Source: Ostreococcus lucimarinus
Lineage: Eukaryota
Reading direction: 5' to 3' (one strand)
Assembly: GCA_000092065.1 (NCBI GenBank)
Contig: CP000590.1
Length of the DNA stretch: 64,000 nt
A program made the translations under genes and the position numbers. The notes under the pieces are model-generated. The model ran no database searches. It was not told the DNA's origin and saw nothing but the letters and a program-made list of their open reading frames with translations. Of this stretch, positions 19,775 to 29,804 are shown piece after piece (position 1 is the stretch's first letter; each line of letters begins with the position of its first letter).

Positions 19775-21346
19775 CTACAGCTTGCTGTTCGGCTTGGCGT
19801 CGAACATGGGGTACCACGCGAACGGGTCTTCGGACACGTAGGTGACGACTTGCTTTTGGTGCAAGTACTTGTCCATGCCGTTCGCGCCGAGGTCGCGACC
19901 GAATCCGCTTCGCTTGCGACCGCCCCACGGGAGCTGAGCGAAGCAGGGTTGCGAGCAATTCACCCACACGATCCCGGTGTCAAACGCGGCAGTCATACGC
20001 TCGCGTCGCGCTAAGTCGTCTGTGATCACCGCCGCGGCTAAGGCGTAATCGGAATCGTTCGCCATCGCCACGACTTCCGTTTCAGAGGCGAACGTCTTGA
20101 CGCACATCACCGGGCCAAAAATTTCTTCTCGCCACACTTCCGCATCCATAGGGACGTCGACGAATACCGTGGGTTCGAGATAGAACCCCTCTCGACAGTC
20201 CGGATCGCTCGGTTTCTTGCCGCCCGTCAAAAGCGTGTATCCCTTGCGCTTCGCGCGTTCGACCATTTTCATCACCTTTTTGTACTGCCCTTCGCTCACG
20301 AGCGGGCCGAGGCGACACCCCTTGACGAGTGGGTTGCCGTACGGAATGGCTTCCGCAGCCTCCTTGAGACGCGCTAAGAACTTCTCTCGAATGCGCTCGT
20401 GAATGAAGACGCGCGACGTCGCGCTGCAGATCTGACCATTCGTCCAGAAACACCCAAACAGAGCCCACTCCACCGCCTTTTCCAAATCGCAGTCGTCGAA
20501 AATGACCAACGCGCTCTTGCCGCCCAATTCCAACGATACGGGCTTGACATCTTTCGCGCACGCGCTCATGATGATGCGGCCGGTTTGCAACGAGCCAGTG
20601 AACGATATTTTATCCACACCCTTGTGTGCGCACAGCGCAGCGCCAGCCTCGTCGCCTCGCCCCGTGACTACGTTGAACGCCCCCGGCGGCAACCCTGCTT
20701 CGACGCACACGTCCCCCAACACCTGACACGTCAAGCTCGCGAGCTCACTCGGTTTCAGCACCACCGCACATCCACTCGCGAGCGCGGGCGCGACTTTCCA
20801 CGTCGCCATGAGCAACGGATAGTTCCAAGGCGTGATCAAACCGATCACCCCCAGCGCCTCGCGTCGCAACCGTCCCGCGAACTCGTCCATGGGTAACTTC
20901 ACATCCTCCTCCGCGTACGCCTTATCCCCGAACACTTCATCGCACCGATCGGCGTAATAATCAAAGCACGCGCTGACATCATCGATATCCCACTCGCTCT
21001 CCTCGATCGGCTTCCCCGCGTCCAGCGTCTCCAGCTCGGCGAGCGCGCGTTTCCGCCGTTCGATCCCTCTCGCAATCCCCCGCAGCACCCGCGACCTTTC
21101 GCGCCCCGGCGTGGCGCTCCACACCTTATATCCCTTGCGCGCCGCCCGCACCGCGTCGTCGATCATCGCGCGATCGCCCGCACCGACGGCACCGATGTTT
21201 TTATTGTCGTGCGGGTTCACCACCGGCAGCGTCCTCGCGGCACCGCCGAGCGCCTGCGCCTGCGCCGCAGCCTGCGGCGCGCGCACCCACGCGTTATTAA
21301 TAAATTGTTCCACCCGTCCGCATCGTCCCGGCGGCGGCGCGGCCAT
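19775..21346 (-). CDS. Aldehyde dehydrogenase of the ALDH10-type (aminoaldehyde/betaine-aldehyde dehydrogenase) with a C-terminal -SKL. The track ORF starts at 21409 with GTG; the first ATG is 21346.
   Basis: FTGSLQTGRIIMSACAKDVKPVSLELGGKSALVIFDDCDLEKAVEWALFGCFWTNGQICSATSRVFIHE is the catalytic Cys/Glu region typical of plant AMADH/BADH. The C-terminus ...KPNSKL is a PTS1 signal. Confidence 0.85.
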   Translation of the reverse strand: MAAPPPGRCGRVEQFINNAWVRAPQAAAQAQALGGAARTLPVVNPHDNKNIGAVGAGDRAMIDDAVRAARKGYKVWSATPGRERSRVLRGIARGIERRKRALAELETLDAGKPIEESEWDIDDVSACFDYYADRCDEVFGDKAYAEEDVKLPMDEFAGRLRREALGVIGLITPWNYPLLMATWKVAPALASGCAVVLKPSELASLTCQVLGDVCVEAGLPPGAFNVVTGRGDEAGAALCAHKGVDKISFTGSLQTGRIIMSACAKDVKPVSLELGGKSALVIFDDCDLEKAVEWALFGCFWTNGQICSATSRVFIHERIREKFLARLKEAAEAIPYGNPLVKGCRLGPLVSEGQYKKVMKMVERAKRKGYTLLTGGKKPSDPDCREGFYLEPTVFVDVPMDAEVWREEIFGPVMCVKTFASETEVVAMANDSDYALAAAVITDDLARRERMTAAFDTGIVWVNCSQPCFAQLPWGGRKRSGFGRDLGANGMDKYLHQKQVVTYVSEDPFAWYPMFDAKPNSKL

Positions 21347-21420
21347 CGTCGCGCGCGCGCGAGTGTCGGGACACTTTTCGCGAAAAAGTGAAAAAGCGCA
21401 CCGCCGCACTGTCGGCCGCG
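21347..21420. promoter_or_regulatory. 74-bp interval between the divergent ATGs of the ALDH10 and GABA-T genes; a presumed bidirectional promoter with 5'UTRs.
   Basis: This is inferred from the head-to-head geometry. It contains an A-rich stretch (cgaaaaagtgaaaaagcg). Confidence 0.4.
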
Positions 21421-22923
21421 ATGCTCGCGCGCGCGCTCGAGCGATGCGCGCGACGACGCGCGCGCGAGGCGATTTCGCGCGCGTCGCGCGACGCGCGCGC
21501 GTCGACGCGCGCGTCGTCGTCGTCGTCGCGCGCGGGGACGTCGAACGGTGAACCAGCCGCCCCGGTGGTGCGGACGCCCATCCCGGGACCGGCGTCGCGA
21601 CGCGCCGTGGAAGCGCTCAGCGCGCACGCGGACGTGGGGTCGATACGATACTTCGTCGACGTCGACGCTTCGCGCGGGAATTACGTCGTCGACGCGGATG
21701 GGAACGCGGTGCTGGACCTGTACGCGCACATCGCGTCGCTGCCGGTGGGATACAACCACGAAAAGATGCTCGCGGCGATGCGAGACGAAGCGAACGTGGG
21801 GATTCTCGCGCACCGACCGGCGCTGGGGAATAACCCACCGATCGGATGGGACGACAGAGTGGCGCGAACGCTCATGCGAGTGGCGCCGAAAGGGTTGACG
21901 CGCGCGACGACGATGGCGTGCGGGGCGTGCGCGAACGAACACGCGATGAAGGCGGTATTCATAAGCGCGGCGAACGCGCGGCGGGGCGGACGCGAGATAA
22001 GCGAGGAAGAAAAGGTGAGCTGTCTGACGAATCAAGCGCCCGGGTCGCCGGGATTTAAAGTTTTGTCGTTCGATGGTGCGTTTCACGGACGGACGGCGGC
22101 GTGTCTGTCGCTGACGCACACAAAGTGGATTCACAAGCTTGATTTCCCGACGTTTGACTGGCCGTCGTGCCCGTTTCCGAAATTAAAGTACCCACTGGAT
22201 AAATTTGAGCGAGAAAACGCCGAAGAGGAGGCGCGGTGTCTCGCTGAAGTCGAGAAGGCGTTGACGCGAGATCGAGACGTCGTCGCGGTGATCGTCGAGC
22301 CCATGCAAGCGGAGGGCGGCGATAATCACGCGAGCGCGGATTTTTTCCGAAAGCTTCGCGCTTTGACGAAGAGAGAAAACGTCCGCATGATCGTCGATGA
22401 GGTGCAGACTGGGTGTGGATCGAGTGGGACGTTTTGGGCGCACGAAGCTTGGGGATTAGAACATCCGCCGGACATTGTGACGTTTAGCAAAAAAATGCAA
22501 ATCGCGGGATTCTACGCGGCCGCGGATCTCGCGCCCGAGCTCCCGTACCGCATCTTCAACACGTGGATGGGTGATCCAGCAAAGCTCATTCAGCTCGAGG
22601 TTGTCCTCGATTGCATAGAAGAGCATCATTTATTGGACGTCGTGAAATCCGCCGGCGAGACGCTCTTGAATGGGTTGCGCGAGTTACAGGAGAAATATCC
22701 GAGCATTCTCGCCAATGCGCGGGGCGTGGGCACGCTTGTCGCCATCGATTGCGATACATCCGCGCGCAGGGACGCGCTGTTGCACGCACTCTTGCAAAAA
22801 GGTGTCGACATCGGCGGGTGCGGCTCGGCGACCATTCGCGCGCGTCCGGGGCTCTTGTTTACTTCGGCGCACGCGGGGGTGTTTTTAGAGCGGTTCGAGC
22901 GAGTCCTCGCTGCTGAAATGTAG
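21421..22923 (+). CDS. 4-aminobutyrate aminotransferase (ABAT-type class III PLP aminotransferase) with a mitochondrial-type presequence. The track ORF starts at 21388 with GTG.
   Basis: EPMQAEGGDNHASADFFRKLRALTKRENVRMIVDEVQTGCGSSGTFWAHEAWGL...PDIVTFSKKMQIAGFY. The N-terminus is Arg/Ala/Ser-rich (MLARALERCARRRAREAISRASRDARAS). Confidence 0.8.
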   Translation: MLARALERCARRRAREAISRASRDARASTRASSSSSRAGTSNGEPAAPVVRTPIPGPASRRAVEALSAHADVGSIRYFVDVDASRGNYVVDADGNAVLDLYAHIASLPVGYNHEKMLAAMRDEANVGILAHRPALGNNPPIGWDDRVARTLMRVAPKGLTRATTMACGACANEHAMKAVFISAANARRGGREISEEEKVSCLTNQAPGSPGFKVLSFDGAFHGRTAACLSLTHTKWIHKLDFPTFDWPSCPFPKLKYPLDKFERENAEEEARCLAEVEKALTRDRDVVAVIVEPMQAEGGDNHASADFFRKLRALTKRENVRMIVDEVQTGCGSSGTFWAHEAWGLEHPPDIVTFSKKMQIAGFYAAADLAPELPYRIFNTWMGDPAKLIQLEVVLDCIEEHHLLDVVKSAGETLLNGLRELQEKYPSILANARGVGTLVAIDCDTSARRDALLHALLQKGVDIGGCGSATIRARPGLLFTSAHAGVFLERFERVLAAEM

Positions 22924-22938
22924 TCATTTTTATTCAAT

Positions 22939-23868
22939 CTATTGAACTCTGTAGATCATCGAACCCGTGCGCCTGGCGACGTCTTCGGGAGATTCCACCG
23001 CTTCTAAAGCCGCAAACACGGCACGCACGGTGTTGTGCGGATGGTGACTGCCGTGAATCTTCGCTTTGATGTTTTTAATACCCGCCAGCGTGCAAATCGC
23101 CTCCACGGTGTCGTTCGCCACGATCCCGTCTCCGCTCGGCGCGGGTAACATCACGCAAATCGTCTTACAGTATTTTCCCCTCACCTCGTGATAAATCGTG
23201 TGATCCTCGAAGCGTTGCACGTACGTCAACGACCTCGCCGCCTTGCGATACGCCTTATCGATCGCCATCCCCACATCCGCGCCTTTACCCGTGGCGAACC
23301 CGATGACGCCATCACCGTTCCCCACGACCACCATGGCGGTGAAATTCGTCAAATCGCCTCCCTTGGTTACCTTTGTCGTCCTGTTGACGTCGATGACGCG
23401 CGTCTGGAGCGCTCGCCGCTGGCGTCCGCCCTCGTTTTCGTCCCCACCATCTCCACCAACGTCCGCGTCCACGCGTCCTTTCAGCGCTAAATTCAGTAAG
23501 AATCGCTTTCGTTTATTCGGCGCGTTTTCGAATCGTTCGAACAGCGCCTCGTACTGTCGCCGCAGCGCCTCGTCTTCGTCTTCGTCGCCGTCCCGACCGC
23601 CTGAGCTCGAGCTCGAGCTCGCACCCGCGTCGCTCGACGCCGCGAATCCCCGTCGCGCGCCCGCGAACGCGTCACGACGGTTGTGATCACGCGTTCGCGC
23701 GTCCGCGCCGACGCCGATCGTCCGCGCGCGCGTCGTCGTGGCCGGCATCGTTCTCCCGGCTTCGAGCGACGCCGTCGCAAAGGTTGCCGACGACGACGCG
23801 CACGCGGTCGCCGCGCGCGCGCGCGCGGCGAGGGAAGTCGCGAACGTTTTCACGGCGCTGCGTGACAT
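22939..23868 (-). CDS. Organellar (bacterial-type) ribosomal protein S5, nuclear-encoded. The track ORF starts at 23988 with TTG; the first ATG is 23868.
   Basis: S5 dsRBD and C-terminal domains: VIDVNRTTKVTKGGDLTNFTAMVVVGNGDGVIGFATGKGADVGMAIDKAYRKAARSL...GSHHPHNTVRAVFAALEAV. The N-terminus is presequence-like. Confidence 0.8.
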   Translation of the reverse strand: MSRSAVKTFATSLAARARAATACASSSATFATASLEAGRTMPATTTRARTIGVGADARTRDHNRRDAFAGARRGFAASSDAGASSSSSSGGRDGDEDEDEALRRQYEALFERFENAPNKRKRFLLNLALKGRVDADVGGDGGDENEGGRQRRALQTRVIDVNRTTKVTKGGDLTNFTAMVVVGNGDGVIGFATGKGADVGMAIDKAYRKAARSLTYVQRFEDHTIYHEVRGKYCKTICVMLPAPSGDGIVANDTVEAICTLAGIKNIKAKIHGSHHPHNTVRAVFAALEAVESPEDVARRTGSMIYRVQ

Positions 23869-24004
23869 CGTTCGAGCGCGCGCGCGGGGCAGCGCGCCGT
23901 CGAGTGCGGCGCGATCGAGAATGAAGGGTTTTTTGAAGCCTTGGCGCGACGCGCGGCTCGACGATGTTACAAGAAGAATAAGAATCAAGTGCTGGTGTGA
24001 GACG

Positions 24005-25723
24005 TCACGGAGCGAGAAGCTCGGACGCGAGGAAGTTGACGAAAGCGCGGGTGTCGTAATGCGCGACTTTGGCGCCGCTGGGGGATGGGACGGGGATGGA
24101 ATCGCACTCGTGAACGGCGACGCCCATCGCGGCGAGCGCGTCGACGTCGACGGTGATGCCTCCGTTCTTGGGGTATACGACGTCGGTGATCAGTTCTTTG
24201 ACGTCAAAGTTGGTTTCAGCGGCGGTGTAACGCATGTTGACGGCATCGACGACGGCGCGAACGATTTCGCTGGCTGTCATCGTGCCAGTCTCGCGATCGA
24301 GCGAACCGTTGAGCATGAGAAGTTTTTTGGATGTGGAGCTCGCGATGCATTGCGCCATGCCTTTCAGGCCGACGTTGGGGATGATTGAGGTATAGAGCGA
24401 GCCCATACCGTACAAGATGGCGTCGCAATCCGTGATGTTTTCCAGCACCGTGGGGTTCGGTTTTGGCTGCACCTCAAAGTTGTCGTCCGCCGGATCGAGA
24501 CTCGAGGCGTAAAAGACGCGCTTGATGGGCGACTCCAACGGATCATACGCGGTGACGACTTTATCGACGTCCCAAACACTTAAAGGCGTGTCGGCGATGT
24601 CGACGAAGCGCGACTTCAACAGTTCGCCGGCGTCGATGAGGCTGCCGCTCGCGAGCGCCGAGCGCACGCTCTTGAAACCTCCCGAACTTTGTTGCAACCC
24701 GCCCCACATCTCGTGCGCCTCCGTCTTCGGCACTTCGCCCAATTCCAGAACTTTCGTCCAAAATTCTTTGCTCACGACGTCCGGGCTCTTGCGCGCGGAT
24801 GACGATGACATGGAGACTTCCTTTGAAAACTTTTTGCTGTCGATGGACGGGTGTGAAATTTCATTCTGCCCGCGGAGAATCGTCCCGTTCATGAGCTCAG
24901 CCGCGAGATTTACGCGCTCGTTTTCCTTGTGCAAAAGGCACGGCACGATGTGCGTGTCGTCTGGAATGCGACTGACGCGAGAGTACAAGAAAATGGCCGC
25001 ATCCATCGAGCGAAAGAATAGTCGCGCGCCGGCGAAGAAGAAGTTTCCGATTGACCCGTTGACGAAATCAAACCTCTCCTTGATCGGCTTGGACGTCACT
25101 TCTTGATGAAAGTGCACCAAGAACCGGCGAATGATGTTCGCGTAGTCCTGTCCGATGCCTTCCCACAGCTCGTGATCGCCCTCTTGAATCTTGTACCACT
25201 CGTCTCGAGCGAGCGCGCTATCCGTCGGATGCAGACGGTGCCCGAGCAGCGCCTTGACCGCCACCGCCTCGGGCGTGGACTCATCCGTCACCCTCAGACA
25301 CCGCGATCGCAGATCACCCACCGCGGGCCCACCCAACACGCGCACGATCTCGCTCGTGGACCCACCGTTATCGCTCACGGGTATCACGTGCGTCACCTTT
25401 TGCGTCAACTCGCTCAGCTCCACCGCGATCACGTTCATCGCCGTCCCTCCCGAAAACACCACCACCTTTGGCGCCGAATCCGCGCGCGCCTCGAAATCGT
25501 TCACTCGCACCGCGACTCGCCTCTCGCCGCGTCCCTCGCGCGTCTCCGTCTCCGTCTCCGTCTCCGTCTCCGTCGCCGCCGCGTCGCCGTCGTTCCGCGT
25601 ATCCACCACCGACGCCCGTCCCCGCGCGCATCTCCCCCCCCTCCCGCGCGCCCGCGTTTCACCACCGCGCGCGCGCCGTCTCGCGACCGTCGCGCCTCTC
25701 CCCATCACCGCGCCGCGCGCCAT
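24005..25723 (-). CDS. CofD/YvcK-like (UPF0052, 2-phospho-L-lactate transferase-like fold) protein.
   Basis: Hallmark KVVVFSGGTAMNVIAVELSELTQKVTHVIPVSDNGGSTSEIVRVLGGPAVGDLRSR. The N-terminus has a (TE)5 run encoded by a (GAGACG)5 microsatellite. Confidence 0.65.
   Translation of the reverse strand: MARGAVMGRGATVARRRARGGETRARGRGGRCARGRASVVDTRNDGDAAATETETETETETREGRGERRVAVRVNDFEARADSAPKVVVFSGGTAMNVIAVELSELTQKVTHVIPVSDNGGSTSEIVRVLGGPAVGDLRSRCLRVTDESTPEAVAVKALLGHRLHPTDSALARDEWYKIQEGDHELWEGIGQDYANIIRRFLVHFHQEVTSKPIKERFDFVNGSIGNFFFAGARLFFRSMDAAIFLYSRVSRIPDDTHIVPCLLHKENERVNLAAELMNGTILRGQNEISHPSIDSKKFSKEVSMSSSSARKSPDVVSKEFWTKVLELGEVPKTEAHEMWGGLQQSSGGFKSVRSALASGSLIDAGELLKSRFVDIADTPLSVWDVDKVVTAYDPLESPIKRVFYASSLDPADDNFEVQPKPNPTVLENITDCDAILYGMGSLYTSIIPNVGLKGMAQCIASSTSKKLLMLNGSLDRETGTMTASEIVRAVVDAVNMRYTAAETNFDVKELITDVVYPKNGGITVDVDALAAMGVAVHECDSIPVPSPSGAKVAHYDTRAFVNFLASELLAP
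25540..25572. repeat. (CGTCTC)5 hexanucleotide microsatellite inside CDS, giving TETETETETE in the CofD-like protein.
   Basis: Read directly from the sequence. Confidence 0.8.
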
Positions 25724-26044
25724 CGCGCCGCCCCGCGCCCGCCCGCGAATCCCCGCGCGTCGTCGATGAATCCCGTCTCCGTCGCGTCACCGTCGTCCCG
25801 ACGACGTCGCCGCGCGCCCCGTTCGACGTCCCGCGTCGTCCCGCGTCGTCCCGCGTCCGCGTCGCGACGCCGTCGTCCGCGCGGTCGCCGCCGCGTCGAC
25901 GATTGATGATTCATTCGCGATTCGCATCCATCGCGCGACCCGTAAGTTTCGCGAAATCACGCGCGCTCAGAGCCGAAATCATCCCTAGGGTTCGGGCGAC
26001 GCCGCGCGACGCCCTCGATTGCGCGTCGCGGCGACGACGCGACG

Positions 26045-26749
26045 ATGAGCGACGACGACGCCGGGTGGGACGACGACGACTACGAGGTCCCCGACCTGAC
26101 GCGCGTCGGAATCAGAGCAGCCGCGACCGAGGACAAGTTCGCGGACGAGGACGCGGAGACGGCGGAGGAGGTCGCGGCGCGCGAGGCGAAGGCGAGGGCG
26201 GACGCCCAGGCGCGCGCGGCGCAGAGCGCGCGGACGAAGGCGAAGGCGGCGGTGAAGACGCGCGTGGCGTACGACGACGACGCGCTGGACGATCCGGTGG
26301 CGGAGAAGGCGCGACGACAGCGGTTGGTGGAGGAGGCGGATTTGAGGGCGGCGCGCGAGCTCTTCGGCGACGCGGAGGTGAAGTTGGACGAGTTCGAACC
26401 GAAGAGTAAGGGGGAGTTTGAGAAGTTTGGGAGCGCGATCGCGTATAAATACTTGACGTCGAGGAGTGAGAGTGGGTTTTACACCGCGGGGTTGAAGGCG
26501 CTGTTGAGAGTGGCGATGCGGGACTTGACGGCGGCGGAGGCGAAGGACGTGGAGACGCAGGTGGTGGCGACGCGCACGGAAAAGGTGAAGAAGGAGAAGT
26601 CCGACGCCGAGGCGGCGAAAAAACTCGCGAGTGGGTCGAAGAAGGGTAAGGGCAAATTCTTGAACGCCGGGTCCAAGGGCGGGGACTCGGGCTTGGACGA
26701 TTACAAGTACGACGTCGCGAGTCCGGACGACGATTACGATTTCATGTGA
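26045..26749 (+). CDS. EIF3J: Translation initiation factor eIF3 subunit j.
   Basis: Acidic N-terminus MSDDDAGWDDDDYEVPDL, a K/E-rich middle and the characteristic C-terminus ...DDYKYDVASPDDDYDFM. Confidence 0.7.
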   Translation: MSDDDAGWDDDDYEVPDLTRVGIRAAATEDKFADEDAETAEEVAAREAKARADAQARAAQSARTKAKAAVKTRVAYDDDALDDPVAEKARRQRLVEEADLRAARELFGDAEVKLDEFEPKSKGEFEKFGSAIAYKYLTSRSESGFYTAGLKALLRVAMRDLTAAEAKDVETQVVATRTEKVKKEKSDAEAAKKLASGSKKGKGKFLNAGSKGGDSGLDDYKYDVASPDDDYDFM

Positions 26750-26837
26750 TCGCGCCGCTCGCCGACGATGAACGCGGACGAACACTGGAATATACACACG
26801 AATATATTACACACACACGCGCATCTAGTATAGTATG

Positions 26838-29804
26838 CTATATCGCCTCTCCGAACGCGACGTTCCAATGAACGTCGAGCGCCCGCGCGCGTTTCGTCGA
26901 CTCGTTCGCCTCGAGCGCCGACGCTTTGTTTTGAATCGATCGGACGACGTCGCGCAACTCGTCTTTGGAAATTTCAATCGAACCGGCGGCGGTTTCCGTG
27001 ATCAACTTGCTCACGAAAGCCAACGCGCGATCGGTGAGCGCGGCGGAAGATTCGGAAGACGCGACGACCGCGCTCGCGACGGGACCAGGCGTCGTCGAAG
27101 GCGCGGCGCGCAACGCTCGCCACGCGACGTCGACGTCAACGCCATCGCCGTCTTCAGCGCGCAAGATGAACCAAGCGAACATCTCTGGAATGGCGCCGGA
27201 AACGTTATCGTCATCGATCGATTGACCCGATTGACCCGACACCGATCTTGCGAATTCAGCCGTGCTCGCGATGAGCGCGACGAACCCGCTCGCCGTTCGC
27301 GTGGCGCCGTCGACGTCGCCCTTTTCCACTCGACTGCTCCACATGTGCTTGAGCGTCACACTGGCGAGAGATGCCCCGGTCCACGGCGCGTCGGCATCAC
27401 TAAGCGCTACTAAAGCGGCCGCCGCGCTCGGAATCGCTCGACGAGCGATGAGCCAGGATTTCTGTTCCACCGTCGCGACGTCGCGCTTGCTCGACTTGTC
27501 GAGAAATTTCACCCCGGCGGCGCCGACGAGTAGAGTGGCGTAGAACGACATCGTTAACTCTAAAGGCGCCGCCAGCGCGTTGGCTTGCATGGCCTCGATA
27601 GCGATGACGCAAAGTTCTTCATTCACGCGGTCAACGTCCAGACACATCTTGGCCAACGCCCGAATCATCGGCGGCGTGAGCGTCGGCAAGACGCCTACGA
27701 GACGCACCGCCGCACACTGCGACGGGAACGGAAGGCGGGCGAACGGACCGGGTCTCGATTTCGCGCCTTCGGGTGACCCCGCGGGTGGAACCATGAAGAA
27801 AAGCACCGCCATTTCTGCCTCGCACGTCGATAAGACGTCAGCCAACGGCGATCCCGGAGGATTTCTCGCCGCGACGTCGTGTAGCAACGACAGCAACTTT
27901 TGCGTCGCAGAGGGGTTTTCATGCTTGAACGCCCACAGTACGCGAGGAATGTGACGCACCCATCCCGCAGCGGTTTCGATCGGCACGCGAAAGTACCCTT
28001 GTCGCGCTTCTTCAGGCAAAGTTTCCGTCAACAAAGCGACGCATTGCGTGATGCGTTCGATGTCTTCATCCGCCACGGCGCGCTCCCAAGTCTCCGTCAC
28101 GGCGACGAGAAGATCTGCACACGCGCTACCCGTGATGCTCGCACTGAAACACCACGCCGGTAAAGTAAGTGCGTCACGCGCGAGCGCCAAGACGTCCCCG
28201 TACGCGTCATCCGGCGTCGGCACGTCTTCGCCCATGGCGCCGCCGTCGAGGGCGACGCCCCGCAGCGTCGACGTGACGTATTGCAAAGCGCGCGCGAGAA
28301 CGTGCGGAAGCGCATCCATCACTCCTGGCGCTAAATGCTGCGCGAGTGCTTCGTGAGCAACCGATGAGGACGCGTCGAGCAAGAACCGACACGTCTCGAA
28401 ATTCAAATCCACCATCGCCTCGCGCGTTCGCGAGATGTCTTGCTTCTCCGCCACGCTCGCCGGCGACGTCGATGGGAACATGCCGAGAGTACGCCGCGCG
28501 ATTTCCGGAACGACACTCACCGCAGTCGATGCACTATCAGTGTTTTCGAGCATCTCCGATTCTTCCGCACCGTCGGCGAGGCTGAGCGCTAACCGAGCGC
28601 ACGCCATGGATTGCGCCATTACTCGAACGCGATCAACGTCGACGCCTCTCTCATCCGTAAACGTCTGCGCTGCGTCGTCCCAGACGCACATCGCCAACTC
28701 TACAAGGCGTTTGGCGTTCACGCGCACCGCAGCACGACTTTCACCGGTGATTCGTCCCCCGGAATCTTCAGATTCGTCGTTGGACGCCGTCGTCGCCGCG
28801 AGCACGCTCGGCGGCGCTTGGCGCGATCTTTCCGCATACATCGATCCGATAGAGCGCGTGGCGGCGCCGCGGCGCGCCTCTTCTCCCCAAACGAACGTCG
28901 TCGTCATCGACGAGGTCGACGAAAGACCACCGCGATCGCCGTCCGTCGTGCCTACGCCCTCTGCGAGCGTCTCCAAAAAGCGCCTACAACTTCGCAATAG
29001 CGCCAATCGCGTCGCGGGCTTTTGCGATCCGACGCCACGCTGCACGGACGACCCCGAACCGACGCCACCGTCGTCTCCGCGCCGCAAGAGCTCGCCCAAG
29101 TGCCCCAGCGTGCTCGCCGGCGCGTGCGCCGCCACGAGCGTCGGCGCCGCCTCCAACAGCGCGTCCAGCGCCGCGGGCGCGTCCCTCCGTACATCGTCCG
29201 CCACGTGCGTCAGCGCCGCCCCCGCGTACAAAATCAACGTTTTCGCAAACGGCGCCAGCCCCTCCACCCCTAACGCCGGCACCACGCCTCGCCCCAGGCA
29301 CTCCCTCGCCGCTCGTCTCGCCTCTCTCGCTTCGTCCGCCAACCGTTCGCCCACGCGTTCGATCGCGTCCCCCGCCCTCGCTCGCACCGCGCCCGGATAC
29401 CTCTCGCACACCTCCAACAACCCATTCAACCCATCGCATCGCGTCTTCGCCGCGTAGTGTCCGCACTGATTCAACAGTTCGTTCAGCGGCGTCCCTCGCG
29501 CGCTCGCCGCGTCCTCGTCCCGCGTCCCCTCACCGCTCGTCCCCGCCCCCGCGCTCTGCAAATTCTGCGCCGCGAGCCGTATGCGCTTGCTCCGCACCGC
29601 GCTGTCCGTCTCGTTCGCGTGTTTCGCCACCTTTCGACCGACTTTCAGGCGTTTCTTCGCGAACTCCACGCCGCCGCCGAGCGTCTTCCCGGTGCGATGC
29701 TTCGTCGGCCCGCTCGTGAACCCGACGCCGCGCCTCGGCTTGGTCGCCGGCGCGGACGACGCGGCGGACGACCGCGCGACGGCGCGCGCCTTGGCCTTGC
29801 CCAT
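26838..29804 (-). CDS. TEX10: Ipi1/TEX10-like pre-60S (rixosome) subunit, 988 aa from the ATG at 29804. The track ORF extends to 30209.
   Basis: Ipi1_N-like N-terminus: MGKAKARA...FAKKRLKVGRKVAKHANETDSAVRSKRIRLAAQNL, then a long helical-repeat body. Compare TEX10 [28 protein letters not shown]. Confidence 0.55.
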   Translation of the reverse strand: MGKAKARAVARSSAASSAPATKPRRGVGFTSGPTKHRTGKTLGGGVEFAKKRLKVGRKVAKHANETDSAVRSKRIRLAAQNLQSAGAGTSGEGTRDEDAASARGTPLNELLNQCGHYAAKTRCDGLNGLLEVCERYPGAVRARAGDAIERVGERLADEAREARRAARECLGRGVVPALGVEGLAPFAKTLILYAGAALTHVADDVRRDAPAALDALLEAAPTLVAAHAPASTLGHLGELLRRGDDGGVGSGSSVQRGVGSQKPATRLALLRSCRRFLETLAEGVGTTDGDRGGLSSTSSMTTTFVWGEEARRGAATRSIGSMYAERSRQAPPSVLAATTASNDESEDSGGRITGESRAAVRVNAKRLVELAMCVWDDAAQTFTDERGVDVDRVRVMAQSMACARLALSLADGAEESEMLENTDSASTAVSVVPEIARRTLGMFPSTSPASVAEKQDISRTREAMVDLNFETCRFLLDASSSVAHEALAQHLAPGVMDALPHVLARALQYVTSTLRGVALDGGAMGEDVPTPDDAYGDVLALARDALTLPAWCFSASITGSACADLLVAVTETWERAVADEDIERITQCVALLTETLPEEARQGYFRVPIETAAGWVRHIPRVLWAFKHENPSATQKLLSLLHDVAARNPPGSPLADVLSTCEAEMAVLFFMVPPAGSPEGAKSRPGPFARLPFPSQCAAVRLVGVLPTLTPPMIRALAKMCLDVDRVNEELCVIAIEAMQANALAAPLELTMSFYATLLVGAAGVKFLDKSSKRDVATVEQKSWLIARRAIPSAAAALVALSDADAPWTGASLASVTLKHMWSSRVEKGDVDGATRTASGFVALIASTAEFARSVSGQSGQSIDDDNVSGAIPEMFAWFILRAEDGDGVDVDVAWRALRAAPSTTPGPVASAVVASSESSAALTDRALAFVSKLITETAAGSIEISKDELRDVVRSIQNKASALEANESTKRARALDVHWNVAFGEAI

